DNA of 64,000 bases from an uncultured Acidobacteriota bacterium. Its GTDB lineage: Bacteria; Acidobacteriota; Vicinamibacteria; Vicinamibacterales; CAVPJW01. The DNA is taken from assembly GCA_963705525.1 (NCBI GenBank), contig CAVPJW010000007.1, positions 184,355-248,354 on the forward strand, given 5' to 3'. The translations under genes were made by a program, and so were the position numbers. A model generated the notes under the pieces. The model had not been told where the DNA came from. It searched no databases and worked only from the letters and a program-made list of their open reading frames with translations. Positions 52,580 through 60,757 of this stretch are shown here, in pieces; position 1 is the stretch's first letter, and every line of letters starts with the position of its first letter.

Positions 52580-54832
52580 ATGATCTATTCGACCCTCCTT
52601 CGGCGCGCCTGCCTGGTCTGTGCCGGCGTGTCCTTCTGTCCCGTCGTCGCCGCCGCCCAGGGAGTCAACTTCGATACGGCAAAGCTCGAGCGGCGCCTGA
52701 TCGCTGTGCGCGCCACAGGGCCCATCGTCCTGGATGGTGTGCTCGATGAGCCGGCATGGACGGCCGCGCCGGTCGCGACGCGCTTCATTCAAAGCGAGCC
52801 CCGCGAGGGCGAGCCGGCCACCGAAGAATCCGAGGTGCGCGTCGTCTATGACGACGAGGCGATCTACTTTGGCGCGTTCATGCACTCGCCTGATCCCCAT
52901 CGCATCATCATCAACGATCTGAAAAAAGACTTCGAGACACGGTCGGAAGAGATCTTCGGCGTCGTGCTGGACACGTTTCACGACGAGCGGAACGGCTATC
53001 AGTTCGCCACCAACGCGATGGGTGCGAAGTGGGACGCGCAGATGGTCGGCGAGGGCCGCGAAGTCAATACCGACTGGGACGGCATCTGGTTCGTGAAGAC
53101 GAAGATCATGGAGAACGGCTGGTACGCGGAGATTCAGGTTCCCTTCCGGACGCTCCGGTTCTCGAACGCCGATCCGCAGACATGGGGCATCAATTTCCTC
53201 CGGCGCATCCGCCACAACAACGAGGACACGTATTGGTCGCCGCTTCCGCGAATCGATCGGATCTACCGCGTGTCAATGGCCGGGACGCTCGAGGATCTGG
53301 AAGGCGTCAAGCCAGGCCACGACCTGCGGATCAAGCCGTATGTGCTCGGCAGCGCCAACCGGCTGATCACCGGAGACAGTCGTGGTGACTTCGACGCGGG
53401 CGTCGACGCGAAGTACGGCGTCACGAGCGGATTGACGTGGGACTTCACGGTCAACACGGACTTCTCACAGGTCGAGGCCGACGAACAGCAGGTCAATTTG
53501 ACGCGCTTCACCCTCTTTTTTCCCGAGAAGCGCGATTTCTTCCTCGAGAATTCCGGCGTCTTTCAATTCGGTCCGGGCGATTTCCGCCAGCTCGGCGGAG
53601 GCGGCGGCGGTGGCGGGCTCGGCGGTCGGCAGAACAGCCAGCAGGATCTCATCCTCTTCTTCAGCCGGCGCATCGGCCTGGTGGGCGACGATGACAATCC
53701 GATCCCGATTCCCATCATCGCGGGAACGAGACTGACCGGGCATGCGGGGCCGTACAGCATCGGCGCGTTGAACATTCAGCAGAGCGACAAGTTCGGCAAT
53801 CCGTCCACGAACTTCACGGCGCTACGGTTCCGACGGAACATCTTCGGCAATTCAGAAGTCGGCGTGATGTTCCTGAACAAAGACGAGCACGGCTCGCACT
53901 ACAACCGAGCGATCGGAGCCGACGCCAACTTCAATTTCTACCGGAGCCTCTACCTGAACGCGTTCGCCGCGAAAACGTTCTCACCGGAAGCCGTCGTGGG
54001 CGGGACCACCGACGATGCCGCGGCCCGTGGCGGGATCGCGTGGCGTGACAACACCTGGGAGTTGAGGGCCGCGTATACGACCATCGGCTCGCGTTTCAAC
54101 GACGAGCTGGGGTTCGTGCCGCGCGTCGGCATCGATCGCACCGAGGTGTTCGCGGGCATCCACATCCGGCCAAAGGCAACCGAAAGCTGGCTGCGTGACA
54201 TCTATCCGCACTATCAGTTCATCAACGTGGACCGCTCAGGCGGCGAGCTCGATTCGCGGTACGTCGACTACCACCTGCCATTCAACTTCCAGAACGGCGC
54301 GTTTCTCGAGCTCGGACTGAACCCCAACACAGAGGATCTCGTCGATCCGTTCGAGATCAGCACGAACCCGAAAGTCAGCATCCTGCCGGGCCGCTACGAT
54401 TTCAACGAGAAATTCGTGCTCTTCGACACGAATCCAGCCGCACCCTTTTCCCTGCTGGGACGGTACGGCTTCGGAGATTTCTACGACGGCTACAAGCGCG
54501 GATATCAGATCGGCGGGACGGTTCGTCCGAACGCGCATTTCAACGTTTCGCTCACCGTCTCCATCAACGACGTCGATCTTCCCGAGGGGCCGTTCACGAC
54601 GAAGCTCGTGGCCGGACGCGTCAACTACAACTTCTCCACCCGCATGTTCCTCAACGGGCTGTTTCAGTACAACACCGATTCCAGGGAGTGGAACTCGAAC
54701 GTCCGCTTCAACCTCATCCATCGGCCGCTCAGCGACTTCTTCCTCGTCTACAACGAGCGGCGCAACTCACTGACGTACGACCTGATGGATCGCGCCTTGA
54801 TCGCGAAGATCACCTACATGGTGGCGTTCTAA
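52580..54832 (+). CDS. CBM9-like / DUF5916 family exported protein
   Basis: Signal peptide, then IVLDGVLDEPAWTAAPVATRFIQSEPREGEPATE.SEVRVVYDDEAIYFGA (CBM9-like N-terminus). A long beta-rich region with an internal poly-Gly segment (LGGGGGGGGLGG) follows, ending ...AKITYMVAF. Confidence 0.65.
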   Translation: MIYSTLLRRACLVCAGVSFCPVVAAAQGVNFDTAKLERRLIAVRATGPIVLDGVLDEPAWTAAPVATRFIQSEPREGEPATEESEVRVVYDDEAIYFGAFMHSPDPHRIIINDLKKDFETRSEEIFGVVLDTFHDERNGYQFATNAMGAKWDAQMVGEGREVNTDWDGIWFVKTKIMENGWYAEIQVPFRTLRFSNADPQTWGINFLRRIRHNNEDTYWSPLPRIDRIYRVSMAGTLEDLEGVKPGHDLRIKPYVLGSANRLITGDSRGDFDAGVDAKYGVTSGLTWDFTVNTDFSQVEADEQQVNLTRFTLFFPEKRDFFLENSGVFQFGPGDFRQLGGGGGGGGLGGRQNSQQDLILFFSRRIGLVGDDDNPIPIPIIAGTRLTGHAGPYSIGALNIQQSDKFGNPSTNFTALRFRRNIFGNSEVGVMFLNKDEHGSHYNRAIGADANFNFYRSLYLNAFAAKTFSPEAVVGGTTDDAAARGGIAWRDNTWELRAAYTTIGSRFNDELGFVPRVGIDRTEVFAGIHIRPKATESWLRDIYPHYQFINVDRSGGELDSRYVDYHLPFNFQNGAFLELGLNPNTEDLVDPFEISTNPKVSILPGRYDFNEKFVLFDTNPAAPFSLLGRYGFGDFYDGYKRGYQIGGTVRPNAHFNVSLTVSINDVDLPEGPFTTKLVAGRVNYNFSTRMFLNGLFQYNTDSREWNSNVRFNLIHRPLSDFFLVYNERRNSLTYDLMDRALIAKITYMVAF

Positions 54833-54860
54833 GCGCACCGCAGCCCTGTCACCTCGGCGG

Positions 54861-55916
54861 TCAGACTGCCGGCCGGACCGACCGCCATTTTCGCGCGACC
54901 CAATCCTTCAGGAGCACGAGGAGGTACATGAGCGCCGCGAAGGCAAAGAATGCGGCCACCGCTCGCGTGAACTCGAGCTTGTGGTGGAGGCTGCGCGTCA
55001 GGTATCCGTAGACCATTTCCACGTGAATCCAGTACACGAAGAGTGACGACATCCCGAGCGTGACCAGCGGCTGCCAGGACGTCAGACGAAATGGCCGGGA
55101 CTCCCACAGGTATCCAAGGACGATCGCCAGCGCGAGGATGCCGCACCGGAGAAAGAAGAAGGTCGGCGAGCTCGTCCAGAAACTGGTGACCCGATAGATC
55201 GGTGGAAGAAACGACGCGCCATAGCCGAGCGCGGCCACCAGCGCGCCAATCACCACCAGCAGGGTCATGACGCGACGCTCGGACCCATCGTCGCGGCTTC
55301 GATCGATGAAGAGGCCAACGAGAGCGCCCGCGAACACAAAGCCGGCCCAGGGGAACAGCGTGAAGTTCGTGCGCCCGGCCACGGGCCGGATGTACCACTC
55401 CACTGGATCCGGGACCCAATTGAGCAGCGGCGTCGACCGAATGAGCGGCGTCACCATCGCGAGCCCGATCGTCACAATGACGAACCCGGCCACCCGGGAT
55501 CTGAAACGCTCGAACCATCCCCAGAAATCTGCGGCCGCGATGATCGACGGACCCATCACGTTCAGGATGTCGACCTTGAGGAGCCCGATCCAGGCGGCAC
55601 CGGGATTGAGCACGTACGACTGGAGTCGGAAGAGAAACGCCAGGCCAAAGATCTGCCAGCCGCGGCGCTTCACCGTCCTCACCGCCAGTTCCATGTCGGC
55701 CCACTGCCGATACTTCGAACCCGCCGACATGCTGACGGCGACACCAGCCAGGAACAGGAAGAGCGGCGCCCCGAAGCCGCCGAGAACCATCGCATAACCG
55801 AAGGCCGGCGTTCCGCGCCCGGACGGAGATGTCCATGAGTCGAGCGTGTGCGCCTCGATCATGATGAGAACCGCGACCCCGCGCAGCCAGTCGAGATAGG
55901 TTTTGCGCCGGGTCAC
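54861..55916 (-). CDS. DUF1624 / heparan-alpha-glucosaminide N-acetyltransferase-like membrane acyltransferase
   Basis: TYLDWLRGVAVLIMIEAHTLDSW is the typical N-terminal motif. The protein has about 10 TM segments. The alternative frame 54829..55836 is Arg-rich and was rejected. Confidence 0.7.
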   Translation of the reverse strand: MTRRKTYLDWLRGVAVLIMIEAHTLDSWTSPSGRGTPAFGYAMVLGGFGAPLFLFLAGVAVSMSAGSKYRQWADMELAVRTVKRRGWQIFGLAFLFRLQSYVLNPGAAWIGLLKVDILNVMGPSIIAAADFWGWFERFRSRVAGFVIVTIGLAMVTPLIRSTPLLNWVPDPVEWYIRPVAGRTNFTLFPWAGFVFAGALVGLFIDRSRDDGSERRVMTLLVVIGALVAALGYGASFLPPIYRVTSFWTSSPTFFFLRCGILALAIVLGYLWESRPFRLTSWQPLVTLGMSSLFVYWIHVEMVYGYLTRSLHHKLEFTRAVAAFFAFAALMYLLVLLKDWVARKWRSVRPAV

Positions 55917-56005
55917 GATCGAAGCGGTGCGCGCATACCGTGGAGGAAAAATGATCGAGGGTGCTCGCGCGGGTGCGAGCCGTGCACGCGGTCAGTATAC
56001 GCGCG

Positions 56006-56776
56006 TCAGGAGACCGGCTGCGGCGCCGGCTTGCGCATGCCGAGGAACGTCGCGACCGTGAGCCAACCGAGCGGAAGGAGCACGAGAAGATACGTCAGGT
56101 ACTGGCCGTAGCGACCGTCGGGGCCATATGGCTCGGTCGCCCAGTGCAACGGCTCGCTGTACGGAAAGATGTTGGCTTCAGTCAGCTCGTGGAAACCGTA
56201 GATGAGGAGCTGCACGACGAAGACGAGAAGGAAGACGGCCGTGACCTGAAAGAAGAGCGCGAGATTGACGCGATGGCCATAGCGGGACCACAGCCACGAC
56301 ACACCCGCCGCCGATGCAAGGCCAATGACGGCGCCGCTCAGCACCTGCGCGGACTTGATTTGGAAGAGGAGCGTCCCGAGGAGGAGCGCCGTCTCCATGC
56401 CCTCGCGCGAGATCATGAGAAGTGTGAACAGGAACACGCCAAGGAAAGCCGCCGATCCGGTCTTGAGCGTTGACGACTGAAGACGCCCCTCGATGTCGCG
56501 TCGCATGCGTCGCGCCGCCCGCCACATGTGCACCGTCAGTGTCGTCACGGACAAGGCGGCCACGAGCGCGAGAATGCCCTCCCAGAGAGACTGATTCGAG
56601 GCCTTTTGAAAGAGGAACGCTGCCGCCACGCTCAGCAGGATGGAAACGCCGATGCCCCAGCGGACGGCCGGCACGAGTTCGCCGCGTCCGGCCTTCCGAA
56701 GATAGGCCAGACTGATGGCCACGATGAGAAAGGCCTCCAACCCCTCACGAAGGGTAATCACGAACGCCTGCAGCAT
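56006..56776 (-). CDS. FTR1/EfeU-family high-affinity iron permease
   Basis: Two REGxE motifs, MLQAFVITLREGLEAFLIV and MISREGMETALLL, in a polytopic membrane protein. Confidence 0.85.
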   Translation of the reverse strand: MLQAFVITLREGLEAFLIVAISLAYLRKAGRGELVPAVRWGIGVSILLSVAAAFLFQKASNQSLWEGILALVAALSVTTLTVHMWRAARRMRRDIEGRLQSSTLKTGSAAFLGVFLFTLLMISREGMETALLLGTLLFQIKSAQVLSGAVIGLASAAGVSWLWSRYGHRVNLALFFQVTAVFLLVFVVQLLIYGFHELTEANIFPYSEPLHWATEPYGPDGRYGQYLTYLLVLLPLGWLTVATFLGMRKPAPQPVS

Positions 56777-56853
56777 GATGTCCGTCCCGGTCCAGTATAC
56801 GCGTCGAAGATGAGATCGAGTCTCGTTTTGCTGAGCCCCAGTCTAGCCTCTTC

Positions 56854-56878
56854 ATATCCGACCGGTCAAGTCGGATAT
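56854..56878. promoter_or_regulatory. Perfect 9-bp inverted repeat ATATCCGAC-n7-GTCGGATAT (candidate operator)
   Basis: Read directly from the sequence. It lies in the divergent intergenic region between FTR1 (-) and the VWA gene (+). Confidence 0.3.
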
Positions 56879-56946
56879 GCGCGCGCGTCCACTCGACTGG
56901 ACCGTTCGCGTTTGCCCCCCGGAACCGACGTTGTTAAGCTCAGTTC

Positions 56947-57861
56947 ATGGGACGCTTCACCTTCGTTCGGACAGCCCTTCTCGCGGCTCTCGCATGCCCC
57001 ACCGCGCTTCTCGCGCAGGAGCCGACGTTCAAGGCCGGCACCCGTCTGGTCCCGGTCTACACCACCGTCGTCGACGCGCAGAAACGGCTCGTGCCCGACC
57101 TGCTCCAGGACGACTTCGAAATTCTCGACAACGACAAGCCGCAGCAAATCTCCATCTTCGACAATCAGGTGCAACCGATCACCGTGGTCGTGATGCTCGA
57201 CACGAGCGCCAGCATGACGGGCAGCCTGAAACTCCTGAACGAGGCGGCCGAGCAATTCATCTTGCGCCTGCTGCCGGCCGACAAGGCCCGCATCGGTGCG
57301 TTCAACGACAAGATCCAGTTCGCGTCGGACTTCTCATCGGATCGCGACGAGCTCGTCGCCTCGCTGAAGCATCTCGACTTCGGCAACCCGACACGCCTCT
57401 ACGACGCCATCGATGCGAGCCTCGAAGAGCTGAAGGGAGTCGAAGGCCGGCGCGTGGTGCTCGTCTTTACCGATGGCGACGACACGGGGAGTCGATTGAA
57501 CCAGGGCGACGTGCTCGACCGGGCCCGTGTCGACGAAGTGATGATCTACGCCATCGGCCTGCAGAGCGAGTTCTTCAACGGCGTGCGCCAGGTGCGATCG
57601 CGACCGGATCGCGGGCTCAGGAAGCTGGCGGATGAAACCGGCGGCGGATATTTCGAGCTGGACGCGACGGCGGACCTCGCGCCAACGTTCACGCGAGTCG
57701 CGCAGGAACTACACAGCCAGTATGTGCTCGGGTTCGCGCCGACGACCCTGGACGGGAAGGTTCACAAGCTGATGGTCCGCCTCAAGCGGCCAGGATTGAA
57801 CGCGCGCGCGCGAAAGAGTTATCTGGCGGCAGCGGAAGGCAATACCACGGCGAGCCAATGA
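56947..57861 (+). CDS. VWA domain protein of the acidobacterial VWFA-related type
   Basis: Signal peptide, then FKAGTRLVPVYTTVVD...LVPDL...DFEILDNDKPQ.I..F, followed by the MIDAS motif VVVMLDTSASMTG. Layout is as in the TIGR03436-type family (from memory). Confidence 0.75.
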   Translation: MGRFTFVRTALLAALACPTALLAQEPTFKAGTRLVPVYTTVVDAQKRLVPDLLQDDFEILDNDKPQQISIFDNQVQPITVVVMLDTSASMTGSLKLLNEAAEQFILRLLPADKARIGAFNDKIQFASDFSSDRDELVASLKHLDFGNPTRLYDAIDASLEELKGVEGRRVVLVFTDGDDTGSRLNQGDVLDRARVDEVMIYAIGLQSEFFNGVRQVRSRPDRGLRKLADETGGGYFELDATADLAPTFTRVAQELHSQYVLGFAPTTLDGKVHKLMVRLKRPGLNARARKSYLAAAEGNTTASQ

Positions 57862-57932
57862 AGTTGAAGCGCCAGGCTTCGGCAGGGACTGGGTACTAAC
57901 CACCAACAACTAAGAACCAGAGAGATCCCCAT

Positions 57933-57994
57933 CGGTTGAGGGATCGGAGTCGATTCGACTCCCGACCCTCAACGGTGCGGAGCTCGACGCTCCG
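57933..57994. terminator. Two consecutive hairpins between convergent genes
   Basis: Hairpin 1 (57933-57975) is cggttgagggatcggagtcg att cgactcccgaccctcaacgg, an imperfect stem of about 19 bp. Hairpin 2 (57978-57994) is cggagc tcgac gctccg. Neither has a clear U tract. Confidence 0.35.
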
Positions 57995-57995
57995 G

Positions 57996-58079
57996 TCAGA
58001 TAAACGCAATGACCATCGCAAGCACGAGCAGGATGCCAACGGCGTATTCAGCAGTGCTAGAGAAGTTCGCTTCGATCAT
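57996..58079 (-). CDS. Candidate 27-aa hydrophobic mini-protein (Flp-pilin-like AEY motif?)
   Basis: My own translation of the minus strand gives MIEANFSSTAEYAVGILLVLAMVIAFI*. It is not in the ORF track because it is under 60 aa. A purine-rich stretch AAAGGCGGGTGA precedes the ATG. The overlapping + strand ORF 57936..58154 is Arg/Ser-rich and implausible. Confidence 0.35.
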   Translation of the reverse strand: MIEANFSSTAEYAVGILLVLAMVIAFI

Positions 58080-58286
58080 GGGAATCACCCGCCTTTCGCG
58101 ACCACGCCTGCAGGAACGACTCGTCTTCCTCAGTTATGGTGCTCATTTGGTTAGACGGCCTCCATCGCCATAAAGTTGCAACCTATATCTGACTATTTAT
58201 CAACAGGTTAGATGGCGCCAGCCGGTCGGCAATCCCGGATGCTACAATGCGCCACCCGAGCGTCGATTTGCGATCGAGGAGGTTGG

Positions 58287-58943
58287 ATGGGTGATCACAA
58301 GGCACTGTTCGTGATGGCGGTACTCGCCGTCGTGGCGAACGCGGCGTGCGGCAGCAAACAGGAAAACGCCGCCGAGTCGAATGGCACGGCTCAAGTGCAA
58401 AAAGGCGCAGAGACGATGGCGGGAGGCGCCAAGGAGATGGCGAAGGGATTCGAAGCGCTCGGCAAGGGCCTCGCCGAGATGGCCACCGACTCCAATCTGA
58501 CTCCGGTAGAACCCGTCAGCTTCCACGAGCTGCAAACTGTATTTCCGGATCTTCCAGGTTGGACAAAGGGCAAACCCACGGGCGAAAAAATGTCCACGCC
58601 GGTGTCGTTCTCCCAGGCTGAAGTGAAATACCGAAAAGATTCGTCGACGATCAGCGCGAAGTTGGTGGACTCAGGTTTCAACAAGCTGCTGATGGCGCCG
58701 TTCGCGATGTTTCTGACGACGGGATATGAGAAAGAGACCGAGCATGGATACGAGAAGTCGGTCAAGATCGGCGAATATCCCGGCTGGGAAAAATGGAACA
58801 GCGAGAGCAAGGACGGAGAGTTGAATGCGGTCATCAACAAACGATTCCTCCTCACGCTCGAGGGTGACGGCCTCGCCGACACCTCCGTGCTCCACGAGCT
58901 GGCTCGCAAAGCGGACCTGGCCAGACTCGCGGCCGTCAAGTAA
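58287..58943 (+). CDS. Lipoprotein, hypothetical
   Basis: This is the internal ATG of ORF 58212..58943, preceded by a GAGGAGG SD. MGDHKALFVMAVLAVVANAACGS contains a lipobox. Confidence 0.6.
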   Translation: MGDHKALFVMAVLAVVANAACGSKQENAAESNGTAQVQKGAETMAGGAKEMAKGFEALGKGLAEMATDSNLTPVEPVSFHELQTVFPDLPGWTKGKPTGEKMSTPVSFSQAEVKYRKDSSTISAKLVDSGFNKLLMAPFAMFLTTGYEKETEHGYEKSVKIGEYPGWEKWNSESKDGELNAVINKRFLLTLEGDGLADTSVLHELARKADLARLAAVK

Positions 58944-58971
58944 CAGAGAACATGGCGCCGCTATACGGATC

Positions 58972-60681
58972 GTGCGCCGCGCCTCGCTAGCCCTGGTCCT
59001 CGCCGCCATGTTCATCGGAATTCCAGGAGCTCAAGCGCCTGGTGATCGGCCAGCACCGAATCCGCGATCGACGAGATCGGTCGTGCTGGCGCGAAACGGC
59101 CTCGTGGCAACCAGCCAACCCCTCGCATCGGCGGCTGGCCTGCAAGTCCTGCAGGAAGGCGGCAACGCAATCGATGCCGCCGTCACCGCCGCCGCAGTGC
59201 TTGCGGTCGTCGAGCCCACGATGACGGGCATCGGAGGCGATCTGTTCGCGCTCGTCTGGGACGCCCGTACGCATTCGCTCCATGCGCTCAATGCCAGTGG
59301 ACGATCGGGACACGCGGCAGCAGCCCAGGCGTTCAAGGATCGCGGGCTCACAGAAGTGCCGTCGACCGGCCCGCTGCCCGTCACGGTTCCAGGGGTGGTG
59401 GACGGCTGGTCCGAGCTTCTCTCCAAGCACGGCACCATCGACTTGCACCGGGCATTGGCTCCCGCCATCAGGTACGCTCAGGAGGGCTATCCCGTTTCAG
59501 AGATCATCGCAGTGGACTGGGAGAGCGCGGCAGCAGATCTCGCCGCCGATCCCGCCGCCAAGGCCACATTCCTCCCTGATGGCCGTGCTCCTTCTCCGGG
59601 GCAGGTTTTCAGGAATCCGGGCCTCGCGAGATCACTGGGCCAGATTGCCGCTGATGGCCGCGACGCCTTCTACCGCGGCCCGATTGCCAAAGCCATCGCC
59701 GACGATCTCCAGAAACGACGTGGTCTCCTGGATCTGGAAGACTTTTCCACCCATCGTTCGGATTGGGTTCAGCCGCTCAGCACGAACTATCGGGGATACG
59801 ACGTCTTCGAGCTGCCGCCAAATACCCAGGGGCTGGTGGCGCTCGAAATGCTGAACATTCTCGAGGGCTACGACCTCAAGTCGCTCGGACCGCAGTCCGC
59901 TGATTACCTTCACCTTCTCGTCGAAGCCAAGCGCATCGCCTACGCCGACCGCGATGCCTATTTGGCAGATGCGGATGCTGTACCCGCCGGACTCGTGCAG
60001 ATGCTCGTCTCGAAGGACTATGCCGCCAAGAGACGAAAGGAGATCGATCCGAAGAAGGCCGCGAAGACGTTCGCCCCAGGATCCTGGTCGCGGACGCCGA
60101 CGGCGGCGCGGGTGGACATCGAGCACCTGAGCAGCGGCGACACGGTGTATCTCACCGCAGCCGACGGACAAGGCAACGTCATCTCGCTCATTCAGTCTCT
60201 CTTCTCAACGTTCGGTGCCTGCATCGTCGCCGGAGACACCGGAATTGCCTTGCACAACCGTGGAAGCATGTTCACCCTCGAGGCCGGCCATCCCGATCAG
60301 ATCGCCCCGCGGAAGCGGCCCCTGCATACTCTCGTACCCGCCATGGTGCTGAAAGACGGAAAGCCCTGGCTGTCCTACGGTGTCATGGGAGGCGACATGC
60401 AGCCGCAGGGACACGTTCAGGTGCTGACCAATCTCGTCGACTTCGGCATGAATATTCAGGAAGCTGGTGAAGCCCCGCGTCTTCGACACTTGGCGAGCGG
60501 CGTCGCGCTCGAGAGCGCCATTCCGCCCGAAACGAGATTCGGACTCGACCTGCGCGGTCACCGTCTCGTGAATGCGATTGGGGTGTTCGGAGGATTTCAG
60601 GGAATTCTGATCGACCCCCGCAGTGGAGTTCTGATGGGCGGTTCGGATCCGCGCAAGGACGGCCTCGCGGTCGGTTATTGA
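58972..60681 (+). CDS. ggt: Gamma-glutamyltransferase
   Basis: This is an in-frame GTG at 58972 within ORF 58825..60681. Signal: VRRASLALVLAAMFIGIPGAQA. Then GLVATSQPLASAAGLQVLQEGGNAIDAAV, EPTMTGIGGD, and the autoprocessing region AGDTGIALHNRG. Confidence 0.85.
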   Translation: MRRASLALVLAAMFIGIPGAQAPGDRPAPNPRSTRSVVLARNGLVATSQPLASAAGLQVLQEGGNAIDAAVTAAAVLAVVEPTMTGIGGDLFALVWDARTHSLHALNASGRSGHAAAAQAFKDRGLTEVPSTGPLPVTVPGVVDGWSELLSKHGTIDLHRALAPAIRYAQEGYPVSEIIAVDWESAAADLAADPAAKATFLPDGRAPSPGQVFRNPGLARSLGQIAADGRDAFYRGPIAKAIADDLQKRRGLLDLEDFSTHRSDWVQPLSTNYRGYDVFELPPNTQGLVALEMLNILEGYDLKSLGPQSADYLHLLVEAKRIAYADRDAYLADADAVPAGLVQMLVSKDYAAKRRKEIDPKKAAKTFAPGSWSRTPTAARVDIEHLSSGDTVYLTAADGQGNVISLIQSLFSTFGACIVAGDTGIALHNRGSMFTLEAGHPDQIAPRKRPLHTLVPAMVLKDGKPWLSYGVMGGDMQPQGHVQVLTNLVDFGMNIQEAGEAPRLRHLASGVALESAIPPETRFGLDLRGHRLVNAIGVFGGFQGILIDPRSGVLMGGSDPRKDGLAVGY

Positions 60682-60757
60682 GTTCGTCGAGTCATCAACC
60701 GATCACGGAAGGAGAATCACCAGCCATCGGACCGCAGATCCGCGCAGGAGGTGGTAG

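Noticed and set aside
57936-58154. The 72-aa + strand ORF in the VWA/lipoprotein intergenic region.
   Set aside because: Its translation (MRDRSRFDSRPSTVRSSTLRSDKRNDHRKHEQD...) is low-complexity and basic and spans the terminator hairpins. The minus-strand mini-ORF is a better, though still tentative, explanation of the region.
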